From NCBI RefSeq assembly GCF_001194135.2, contig NC_068983.1, forward strand, positions 15,394,452-15,458,451: a stretch of DNA of 64,000 bases, in the 5' to 3' direction. The notes beneath the pieces were generated by a model. That model searched no databases and was not told where the DNA came from. It was given only the letters and a program-made list of their open reading frames with translations. The DNA comes from Octopus bimaculoides. Lineage: Eukaryota. The position numbers were made by a program, and so were the translations under genes. Positions 50,601-61,820 of this stretch are shown here, one piece after another (the first letter of the stretch is position 1; every line of letters begins with the position of its first letter).

Positions 50601-51779
50601 TTCGTGGCTCACTTGGTACTAAACAACAATAATCAGCCATCGAGAGAGACAAGTCTTTACGTGAACGTTCGACACCCTACCGTTTTCAAAAAAATGCATG
50701 ATATACTGGATAATATCAACCTAGATATAGTACATCAGAATAAAATAAGACGGAATGATTACGACTGGAACGCCTTTGAGCATGTCTGCTGGATCAGTAC
50801 TAAACTGGGGCCAAACAATAAGATGTTTCCCTTCTGCAAATTTACCAGCATTTCTCCCATAACTCATTTCAAACATTCCGAGATAGAAAGCATCTAATAC
50901 AAGAATGAAACGAATGAACTTCTAACACTGAACAAGGCCATCTTTGTTTTATTAAATATAGTATAGAAATATTTAAAAATATATACACATATATTTTTTT
51001 TGTATACATTTAAGCAATTCCTTGTAACCTTGTAAAATAATCTACAAACAACTCAGCCTCTCTGGTATGTATTATTGACGTAAGGTTGATTATAAACCCC
51101 ACTCATGGACGTCCTCAGTACAACCGTGTTTCACCTTTTTTTTTTTACTGCCCCCCACCACCACCATCTTATATAAATTGCAATAATTTAAGCCAGGGTG
51201 ATAATAGATTAAGTAACTATTCTACTTCCTTGTATAAGTATAAAGGTTATTTTCGTTCATTACTTTCAATTTGTGTCTAATAAAACATTTCAAAAACAAT
51301 TTACATATAACGATGTATATACAATTAAGGCATTCTGTCATAATATTGGGATGTAATAACTAATTCTGTATCATAGTAGAGGAATATATTAAAGACTAAG
51401 AAAATAAAAAAATAAAAACGAAAATACTATTTCCCTCTAAAATGAAAATCTGTGCAAAATTGCTATTTCTCTGTATCACTGTCATTCCCAACGTTAAAAT
51501 TTACCAAAATAAATTATATATATCTGTGTTTATCGATCTCATAAAGCCTCAAAGATCAAGTATTAGAATTAGGTACAAATTATTCAGAAATCAGGTACTG
51601 AAAATATTGTATACATTTCTTTTCTTTTTTAAATAAATTTAAAAGATTAATACTTTATCCGCAAATTATTTAAAAGATGGAAAACAAAATTCATTATAAA
51701 ACCAAACGAAACGAAAATGTTTATATCTTGACTAATTGAGAATATTAAAATAAACAAATCTTACACACAAAAACTATTA

Positions 51780-51846
51780 TATATATATAATACTTTTTAT
51801 ATATAAACACAAATATACATATGCATGTATATACACATAGGTGTAT

Positions 51847-51904
<58 letters not shown>

Positions 51905-52579
51905 AAATTACATGTAATTTTATGTATCAATTTCCCGAGCAGATAAGATAAATAGAATTAGCATTTTCAATAAAAAAAAATAGTTGAGATTTATATTTTG
52001 ATTATGAGATTCATGAGAAATCTTTGTAACACAAACGAATCGGTGGTAGAAATAAACAAATATATTCGTTAGCAGAACTGACATATACACATAGATCATA
52101 TATATTCATGAAGAGACATTTATCTTAAAAGTGATTTACAACAGTGAGGGAAATGAAAGAAAAAAAACTGGGAAAACAAAACTAGTTACAGTCGATCTTA
52201 GCTAGACATTAAACAGAGAGAACTAAACAGGAAGGTTAAAGATATATACTTGGATAATATAATAATTAAAAATTAGTTTTCTGCTCATATCCGGTAAACT
52301 AATACTGTTTTTATATTACTTACAAAAGCAATCTTAGTCTTGATCGTTGATTAAATAAAGATCGAATGGAAATGTATGAATACACACACACACATATATA
52401 TATATGTGTATATATAATAATAATATTAGGGATAAAATCCAAAATTACAGGTAAAAACTCAATTAAAATCAATTTATTAAAAATTAAAATTAAATTAAGC
52501 TTCACAGTATAAAATATATATTAATATATAGTATATATATATGTGACATGAGTTCATAAACCTTGGTTCTTTTCCCTAA

Positions 52580-52631
<52 letters not shown>

Positions 52632-53720
52632 CATATGTATATATTTATGTATACGTGTATGTATGTATGTGTGTGTGTGTGTGTGTGTGCATGTGTAAAA
52701 TGTAAAACAGCAATAAAGCGCTTTTTCGGAAATATTCAATCGTTGATGGGAAAGTACTTTGACGTAGACGTAAATGAAATAAGTTCCATGTGAAATTTTG
52801 TTTTAATATATAAAAAGTATGAAATTAAATTTAAATTAAACTAGAGTCCTTTGGAGAAATCATAAACACTGAAGGATGGTCATACAAGGCGAAAATCCAA
52901 TTAGAAACTAATGAATTAAAAGAGATATATAAAAAGGGCCGGAACAATGTCTTACCAATTGTCAGCCATTTTCCATGGTGACAGCAGAAAGTTCATTTTA
53001 CACCAACATTCGTCTTTAAACGGCATCAGATTTCCCTTTGAAGCAAATCTAGTAACGAGGGTACATGGCCATTTATAACGTAATTGAAATCGACATTTAG
53101 AAAACATACGAGTGTTTCTTTTGGCTTTTCTTTTCTTTCTTTTCTTCCGATCTCTCTTCCGAGAGAGAGAGAGAGATTTATGTTTTCTTGCCTGCTACGA
53201 TTTAGATCAATGGTTAAGACATGTACGCAGCTGTTTATATATTTCACAAAGACCTGTTCCACAGTCTTCCATTGTAATGAATAGAGACATTAGTAATTGG
53301 AGGAGCGGGAGGAGGAGGACGAGCGGGAGGAGGAGGAGGAGACGGAGCACCAGAAGAAGGAGGAGGAGGAGGAGAGATCATGTGACCAGCTAATAAAAAC
53401 TGGCGTCTATGGAAGGAAGATAGGAACAAAAAACCTAGTTATGTCCCTTGACGTATTACACTCTTACAATTGGCAAAAGTGTAAACACAAACAACGATAC
53501 ATAGAAATGTTTTCCCACACAAACATACACCATGTGTATGAATGAAAGTGTATATATATGTCATAGTATGTATGTATGTATGTGCGCGCGCGTATACTGT
53601 GCTTATAAATATTATGATTTCAAAATAACAAACGTTGTACGCCTCTCATATATTATAAATATATAAAATATATTTTACATATATATATATACACATATAT
53701 ATATGTATACATATATAGAC

Positions 53721-53754
<34 letters not shown>

Positions 53755-54324
53755 ATATATATATATAAAGTAGCTGTATACTGTCAACTTAACGTGATCG
53801 CTTCACTACTGCTTAAGTCTCTCAGAGATTTAGAAATGTATTATATATATATATATATATATATAGCTTTTTCTCTTTATCTTTATTTGAACACACACAT
53901 GTACATATGTGTGACTACCATCCATTTATCATATTAAGCAATTATATGTACTGCAATCATACAGATATGGGTAGGCTATTTTGACTGTCCTGGGTTGCGC
54001 ATCATCCGAATCATCTTTATATCCCCCACCACACGCACTCTCCCTTCAGCCTGCTTTTTGACTTCCCCCATATTTTCATCATCGCATCTGCCTTAATAAC
54101 TATGAACTGGCATAAGCAAGAGTACATACACACACGAGTATATGTGCGTGATTGTTATATTTATTTACATACACCAATAAAATACCTAACATGCAATATC
54201 GTGAACAGTTGCTTCGTAATCTACAACTTCTACATCTCAAATTACAGGTTCATTTAATATTTGTACTTATCATTACCTAACGTTGTCACCAAATATTTTA
54301 GTAATAATATCTCAACACGAGATA

Positions 54325-54370
<46 letters not shown>

Positions 54371-54400
54371 TTAAATGACTTTATTTATATTATATACTTA
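51780..54400. repeat. Cluster of (TA)n/(TG)n/(GA)n microsatellites; similar tracts at 42350-42700, 62400-62760 and 63510-63770
   Basis: Directly visible; these account for the YIYIYI/CVCV ORFs in the track. Confidence 0.95.
52956..53400 (-). promoter_or_regulatory. Candidate promoter and non-coding first exon of RAD54L2
   Basis: Strong donor TTG|GTAAGA at 52956/52955; YY1-like AAAATGGCT just upstream of it; ETS-like CCGGAA at 52939-52944; (GA)n and (GGA)n tracts; lies inside a CpG-retaining domain. Exon start is not defined. Confidence 0.45.
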
Positions 54401-56248
54401 TATGCATATGCAGAAACAACACGTGCACTGCACTGAAAGCTCGGTACCTAGGACCATAAAAATATACAAGACTTCCGAAAGTTCAGTTGCTGTCGAAATT
54501 CCAATGATGGAGTTTTCAATTTATTTGCAAATTGCTTGCATATTTATTTAAGGAATAAAAAAGAAATATTAAAATGCATGTGTATCTAACTTCCAGTGAG
54601 CTATGAATATAGAAAGTTCGGAAAATAAGCTTTTCGGTAAATATTTATCGGAGAACGACCATGGATGCACACCCACAGTAGTTGGATAATGCTGTTTTAA
54701 CAAAGCATTTGTAGAAAAAACCGCGTGTAAACAGGAAATTTATTCATGGCTGTATTGCCGAAAATAAGTCAGCCATGCAAAAGATCTATGTTCTGTTTAT
54801 GCACATGTGTAATGCCGAGGAAAGGAAAAAACCTATGTCATGATCAGTTAAACTGTCCGAAAATGTACCCGGTGCTTTGTACCGGTATTACGTACCGAAG
54901 TGTTCGAAGCTTATGAAAAGACTTAATTAGTCAGAATCAGTTATCGATGAATCTCAATAAAATAGCGAGCATGCACGCGTATATGATGATAACGATTTCT
55001 TTATTCGGCTCAGTAATAAATGTACGGGATTGGCTCAGTAATAAATTTCAGGATTGTTTCAGTTAACTTTAAACCACTCAAAATACATGCTGCTACAGGT
55101 ACAACCTTTTTAGGAGACATAATGTCGTAATAAAATTATTATAAAAGACAATTTATAAGAAAGGGACCCCTCACCAGATCGACACATAACGGAAAAAAGA
55201 AAAGAAAACAATACTACTGTATATTGAAAAGCATACATATCTCCTGAATCAAGGAATAGTGGTGGACGATAGCCATCACATTAACCAAAAAATAAAAACA
55301 TGGGACATAGTTTTCAGGGACAGATAACAAGATGTACTATTAAAGAAATTAATTTTCCTATAAATATAAAAATAATCACAACAATAAATAACAGTTAATG
55401 ACTAACTCTTGAAAAGCTCATAAAATGATTAAGATAAACTCCACCCCTTCTTTCTCTGTCTCTCTCTCTCTCTCGCCCACATAAATACACACATATAAAC
55501 AATAGTTTATGATTCCCTACCATATTACTTTAAATTTGAATAACTGAATCATTAACTCTTTATAACTATAAACATATATATATATAAAATATAGAATTAT
55601 TGAGCGCTCGTTCTCTTGTACAGATAAAAGTGATGCGAGGTGGGGCGTAGATAGATAGGTGTAAGCATGATTGACTGGTCAGTAGTTAAGAAGTTTACTT
55701 TCCAACAATGAGAAACCTGGTTCAATTCCACTGCATGACGTCTTGAGCAAGTGTCTTAACTATAGCGTTAGATGGATCCAAGCCTTGTATATGAATATGG
55801 ATAGACGGAAACTGTTTAGAAGCTCGTTGAGTTAAATGTAATTGTGATCTAAAGATCCTGCCTTGTTACACAGCGTCATACAGATTCGACTTGAGAGATA
55901 CATTAAGTCTACATTTGTCTGTGGAATATTCAGCCACTTCATTCAGTTTATTTACAGTAACAATTATTTCGTTTATATTTCTGTGAAACTTCTAATTTTT
56001 TTTTTTTTTTTTTTTTTTTTTTTGGTGATTAGCATTTCAATTTTCATTTCTACAGAAATCAATTTTCTTGTCCATGTTTGGTTTGACATTTAGAACTCAA
56101 TAATGCAATCATAAAAATATTTAACAAAATGGGAAAAATTCAACTAATATAGCTTACCATGCTAACAAAATAAAATGAAAAAACCAAAACGAAAATAACT
56201 AAGAGGTGCGACTAAAGAATAAAATTTGTGTGTGTGTGTGTAATATGC

Positions 56249-56282
<34 letters not shown>

Positions 56283-56719
56283 CTCGTGGCACGGTGGAAG
56301 TTTTGACCCAGAGATCCATAGGTCAAAACTTATGCCCTGTTAAGTGTAATTTTTATTGGTGCAGATGTGACTGATGTCTACTTCTCAAACACATGGTGCT
56401 GGATTCTGTGCCACTGCATTCCACCTTAGGCAACTGTCTTCTATAGTTCTATAGCCCTAGGTAGACGGAAAATGAAAGTGGCCTATTTTGCGTGTGCGTG
56501 TTTATACTTGTCCCCTGCAGCCACTTCTCAGCCAGTGTTGGTTTGTCTACGTCCCTGTGGTGTGACAGTTCAGAGAAAGAGACAAATAAAATAAATGCTA
56601 GGCTTTAAAAATAAGTACTGAGGTCGTTTTGCTCAAAGCAGTGCTACAGTATGACCACAGTCTGATGATGACTGAAACAAGTAGAAGATTAAACCATCAT
56701 ATATATATATAGGAGAGAG

Positions 56720-56905
56720 AATGTACGAAAAAAAACAACAACAGACGAGGACAGGTGGTGTAGACAACAAAAGGATGTATTAGTATGACGCTCGGGAATA
56801 CGGAAAGTCTTTAACGTTTCGAGCTACGCTCTTCAACAGAAAGAATACAAAGAAAACAAGGAGAAAAACACGGAGAAAAAAATTTGAATGGTGTTTGGTC
56901 AACGA
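56720..56905 (-). mobile_element. Penelope-type pLTR-like fragment with a hammerhead-like motif
   Basis: Minus strand: tcttt-CTGTTGA-a-gagc.gta.gctc-GAAA-cgtt-aaaga at 56808-56844. Confidence 0.5.
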
Positions 56906-57409
56906 TCTATCAAACTACATTTGAATCATTGACAATTTTTTTCCTCCGTCTTCCTTTTCTCTTGAACTTTCCTCTATCTCCTGTTTCTGAAGAAGAGCTT
57001 TGTATATATATATATAGGCGCAGGAGTGGCTGTGTAGTAAGTAGCTTGCTTACCAACCACACGATTCTCAGTTCAGTCCCACTGCGTGGCACCTTGCACA
57101 AGTGTCTTCTACTATAGCCTCTAGCCGACCAAATCCTTGTGAATGGATTTGGTAGATGGAAACTGAAAGAAGCCCATCATATATATGTGTATGTGTTTGT
57201 CCTCCACCACCGCTTGACAACCAATGTTGGTGTGTTTACATCCCCATACATCAGCAGTTCGGCAAAAAGAAACTGATAGAATAAGTACTAGGCTTACAAG
57301 GAATAAGTCCTGGGGTTGATTTGCTCGACTAAAAGGTGGTGCTCCAACATGGCCGCTGTCAAATGACTGAAACAAATAAAAGAATTATATATATATATAT
57401 ATATATATA

Positions 57410-58280
57410 CAAGGGTTAGACAAAATAATGGAAACACCTTAAAATTTCAAACAAATTAATTTTAATATGGGGTAGGACTGTCTTTGGCAGTAATTACAGC
57501 TTCAATTCTACGAGGTATGGACTTGTACAAAGTTTGAATTGTTTCCAAAGGAATTTTTGTCCATTCTCCAAGAACTGGAGGCTAAAAACAGCCTCCAGTT
57601 CTTGTAGCGATGGTGGTGGTGGATATCGACTCCTTACTTGTTTTTCTAAAATGCACCATAAATGTTCGATAATAGTGAGAATTGGGAACCGTGGTGGCCA
57701 GATAAGATGTTCAACTTTACTAGAATGTTCCTCGTGCCATTCAGTAACAACTTTAGCTGTGTGAATTGGTGCATTATCATCTTGAAAGATTGTGTTTCCC
57801 TCCGGACACAGTTCCGCAACCATAGGATGAATTTGATCAGATAAAATGCTTAAATAGTCCTGACTATTAATTCTGCCATGAAGGAAAACCATTGGGCTGG
57901 TGGATTTCCAAGATATAGTCCCCCAGATCAACACCAATCCTCCACGTTTAACAATTGGAAGATGGCAGTCTGGATCAAAGTCGGAAATATGGTAAAGGAT
58001 GACTCGTCCAAGAAAATAACATTCTTCCACTGTTCTAGGGACCAATTCTGTAGGTTTTTAGTCCACTCTAAACACTTTGCAACGTTTGTTTTTGAAAGTA
58101 GTGGTTTTCTGATTGCAGCCCTCCCGTGAAATCCGGCTTTGTGCAGCTCCTGGCGAACAGTTTTTGTGGAAACTGGGTTCTTGAGGTGGTCATTAAGCTC
58201 TGTAGTAATTTTGGGAGCTGTACTTTTGTGATCCTTTCTAAAAATTTGCGTAAGAGTCCAGCAGTCCCTATCTGAAAGTT
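57410..58280 (-). mobile_element. Tc1 transposon, 3' half with a DDE-domain ORF (57494-58045)
   Basis: TA|caagggttagacaaaataatggaaacacc terminus; ILIWGTISW...IFQDDNAPIHTAK...WPP..IIEHLW. Confidence 0.88.
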
Positions 58281-58289
58281 TTGGTTTTC

Positions 58290-58545
58290 TTAATAACTAT
58301 TGAGGATATCAAAACACAATTTATATTTCCTGAAAGCTAATATTTCCACATTTCTAAACAGGTTTTTATAGATGTTCAATGTGAGTGTCGTGGGTTACAT
58401 GACACACATCCAAACGATAATCCAGTTCTTGTCAAACACAACCAAGCAGAGAATTGTCAATGGTTGCCAAGGCTTCAGTTATTTGAGTCTTCAGATCATC
58501 CACATCTCTGGGAAGGAATGGTACGTGTGCAAACATTACATGTGA
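58290..58545 (-). mobile_element. C-terminal relic of a second Tc1/mariner-superfamily transposase
   Basis: PFLPRDVDDLKTQITEALATID...QELDYRLDVCHVTHDTHIEHL*. Confidence 0.7.
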
Positions 58546-58559
58546 TCAAACATTAGGAG

Positions 58560-59265
58560 AACCGAAGAGGATATTAATTCAAAGAGTGTTTCCACTCAAT
58601 CCTATTGTAAATGTGATAGAAAGGGCAAGATACTTAGATCCCAATGATCTCAGAAAAATAAAATGTGAAACCCAAAATATGTTTCACCTATCTCTATTTT
58701 TAACCCTAGAAATAATGAAATATTTAACGACATACAAAACACACCTACTCTGCTTGAAAATCAAAAACTGAGAGAAAATCCTAGGAAATCCTCTAAACAA
58801 CAAAAGCAAAAGGCAACTGAAGACTTTGGAGGATATTCTAACTTTGATAAATGTTTTAACATATGTGCCCAACTCCTGGATTTCTAAAAGTGTTAGACCA
58901 CACTGTGGTACATGTCTGTACTTAACTGAAGGATCAGAATTCAAATTTAATGATGGTTAAGTTTTCAAAATAAAAGAAAATTCCACTTGCAACTCCCCAA
59001 ATTTAATTTATGCAACCACATGTTGTGGATGTTTGCAAAACAACATAGTACAGACATGTTTATTATTTCACAGAAGATTGACATTACACAAGCAACAAAT
59101 AATGGGTGGAGAAAACAAGAAAATCCTATTAATCGGACATATAGCAACAAGTACCAGAATGGAACCACTAACTCTTAAAATATTTTTATTTTGCAAATTC
59201 TTGGAAAACAATGAATTAACAAAGAAAGATAATTTATAAAATATAAACCCTGATTGAATGGTTAA
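58560..59265 (+). mobile_element. Penelope-like element relic: RT linker, CxxC motif and GIY-YIG endonuclease
   Basis: ...KSKRQLKTLEDILT...RPHCGTCLYL...FKIKENSTCNSPNLIYATTCCGCLQNNIVQT...RRLTLHKQQI, matching the PLE 'TC.S.N.IY.I.C..C...YIGQT...R...H' pattern with frameshifts. Confidence 0.75.
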
Positions 59266-59852
59266 CAATTTCCTTACTCATGAATATTCACATACTGTTT
59301 GGATATATACAATATATCATTGACTTAGGAGTGGGAGGGGGAGTGCACACACTCATGTGCATGTGTGTATGTGTGTTTGTGCATGTGTGTAAAGTACACA
59401 TAACACAAATATTTATGACCTGCCTTAAATCAAAGTGCAACTAACCACTCCTTATATGAAAGAGTATTTACCTATTGACTTATCTATCTGATTTCTTCAA
59501 TGTAGCTGCCTATCAATCTCCTTAAGGCAGTCTTTTGTATAAAACTCAACACTAACTGGTTTATTACTTAATCATATGCTTTCATTTTCATTTTTTCTTG
59601 TAACCTGATATCCTAGTTCTCTGTCCAGCTACAAAATTTTCAACCTTATATATATATTGAATACCATGGATGAATTGTTACATGTATGTTCTAAATAAAC
59701 AATCTAATATATTTAAATGAAATATTACACTTGATTTGTTCCTTTAATTTGTCTAAAAAAACCACAATAATTCTCTTAATGTTATTGCGCATTTTCATCC
59801 ATTTTTTTGTTTGTTTATATAACACAATCTGTACAGAAATCTCCACCCACTC

Positions 59853-59892
<40 letters not shown>

Positions 59893-59894
59893 GT

Positions 59895-60115
59895 ATGTAT
59901 GGGCAGCCGATGAAGGAAATGTTCTCTACGTGGCCTGTCTGTTTTCCTGTGTGTTCCTACCATTGTCCGAAAAAATTTGTTTTCCATGCTTTGTTTATAT
60001 TCTTGTTTTTCATTTTGTCCACGTTTTTTTGTGACGTCCTGTACCCAGATATGCATCTATATATATATGTAGATGTAGGTATGTACATACATGTACATAT
60101 ATATGCATATACTCA
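59895..60115 (-). repeat. Dispersed repeat; an inverted second copy lies at ~63530-63715
   Basis: Shared 'gtacatacctacatcta...gggtacaggac(g/a)tcacaaaaaacgt' in opposite orientations. Confidence 0.75.
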
Positions 60116-60126
60116 CATATTATTTG

Positions 60127-60157
<31 letters not shown>

Positions 60158-60161
<4 letters not shown>

Positions 60162-60375
60162 TACCGCCTGACTGGCCTTCGTGCTAGTAGCACGTAAAAC
60201 CACCCACTACACTCTCGGAGTGGTTGGCGTTAGGAAGGGCATCCAGCTGTAGAAACTCTGCCAAATCAGATTGGAGCCTGGTGTAGCCATCCGGTTTCAC
60301 CAGTCCTCAGTCAAATCATCCAACCCATGCTAGCATGGAAAGCGGACGTTAAACGATGATGATGATGATGATGAT
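60158..60375 (+). mobile_element. Young RTE 3' end
   Basis: Family 3' UTR with (GAT)n tail. Confidence 0.85.
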
Positions 60376-60647
60376 ATATATATATATTATAAATATATAC
60401 AGTATATATTTTAAGATTTGTCTGAGGCATAGTGATACTAACAAACTGGTTCTAGAACTCGATATACATATGCTTCAGAAAAAAGCATTCATTGAATACA
60501 GAACATAATATGAAATTAAATAAAGGACAGGGGAACATTGAGAGCTGAATGCTTGTGCATCACCTTATAGCTTCATAGTATGGAAAAGTGAACATTAAAA
60601 CAATGATGATGATGATGATGCTTATATTTCATAAATCAATAACGAAT

Positions 60648-61490
60648 ATATGAATGTTGGCCAAAAAGTCTGTTCAGTTTTCTTGAGTGAAAATAAGACA
60701 AGTTTTAAACACAAAACTATTTATTCAGTCAATGATACAATTACCGTTTCATTTCAGTATCTTGTAAGCAGATCCATTATTCCCTGCTCGAAGAATTTCC
60801 TGTCTTAATTGGTGAAAAACTCATGCAGGTGAATCTTTACATCGTCTTCAAAGCTGAACATCTGTCCATTCAATGACTTTTGATGACACTGAAACAGGTG
60901 AAAATCTGAAGGTAGAAGGTTGGGTGAATAAAGAGGGTGCAGCAAAACTTCCCAGCCAAGCTCCCGGTAACTTCTGCCATCTGCAAAGAAGTGTGCTGTC
61001 TGGCATTGTCATGGTGAAAGATAATAACCCTTATGATTAGCAAATGCTGGATGCTTCTAGTGGAGCACTGTTGTGTTTAATTCATCCAGCTGATTACAGA
61101 ATACATTTGAATTGATGGTTCTGTCCATGGGAAGAAGCTCGTAAAAGACAACACTCTTCCAATCCCACCAAATTGAATGCATAATCTTCTTTGGGTGAAG
61201 TTATGCTTTGGAAGTTGTTGTGGTTTGCCTTGTTTCTCTCATGATTGTTTGTGCTTCACATTGTTATAAGTGATCTATTTTCCATCTTTTGTCACCATTC
61301 TCTTCAAAAAGGAAATCTGTTGGATTAGGTTAGCATAATTCAATTGACGTAGGAGTCGAACATCAAGCTTGCTGATGTAACCAAGTTGATGCAGATGGTT
61401 TTCAAGACTCAGTTTGGATATGTGGAGAATATCTGTGATCATTCTGGTTGTATAACAGGAATTAGTATTAAATAACTCCTTCATTTTGTT
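60648..61490 (-). mobile_element. Decayed mariner element
   Basis: YTTRMITDILHISKLSLENHLHQLGYISKLDV...FLKRMVTKDGK is a typical mariner HTH/first-D region. Confidence 0.8.
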
Positions 61491-61820
61491 GTCCCCCAAT
61501 GCAAACCCTATGAAACAAGGAAACATGTACAGAACTTCATGCATCACATATAGTTCTCTGGATATGATCAGAAAGATAGGATTTGGGTATACAGGGGAGC
61601 TAGAAAGGAGTAAGATGGCATTATATGTAATGAAACCAGTGATACCTGCCATAGATACAGAGGTAAAAACTGGAATAGGATACAGAGAGTTTGTGACAAA
61701 GCAAACAGGGTGAGCACATGGTACAAGGTCGACAAATATCAAGGAGTGATGTTTGTAGAGGCTACAGCCCATGGAGAACTAGCCTGAAGATTTAGGAAAG
61801 CTTAGCTATGTGCTGGGATG
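61490..61820 (+). mobile_element. Probable Penelope-like RT C-terminal fragment
   Basis: STWYKVDKYQGVMFVEAT.HGELA resembles the PLE 'WYK....VLFV..TP.SEL' segment. Confidence 0.4.

Noticed and set aside
53244-53545. Pro-rich (-) and Glu-rich (+) short ORFs
   Set aside because: Translations of the GGA repeat; no convincing splice framework or homology.
55007-55046. 15-bp direct repeat ggctcagtaataaat x2
   Set aside because: Single local slippage duplication; no array or TSD context.
59900-59935. Possible second hammerhead (ccgatgaagg...)
   Set aside because: Core mutated, and no stem II-GAAA-stem III follows.
12871-60375. Many near-identical ~200-nt units that could suggest a CRISPR-like or tandem array
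   Set aside because: Dispersed, in both orientations, 5'-truncated with (GAT)n tails, and joined to RTE ORF2 in two copies: ordinary LINE 3' ends.
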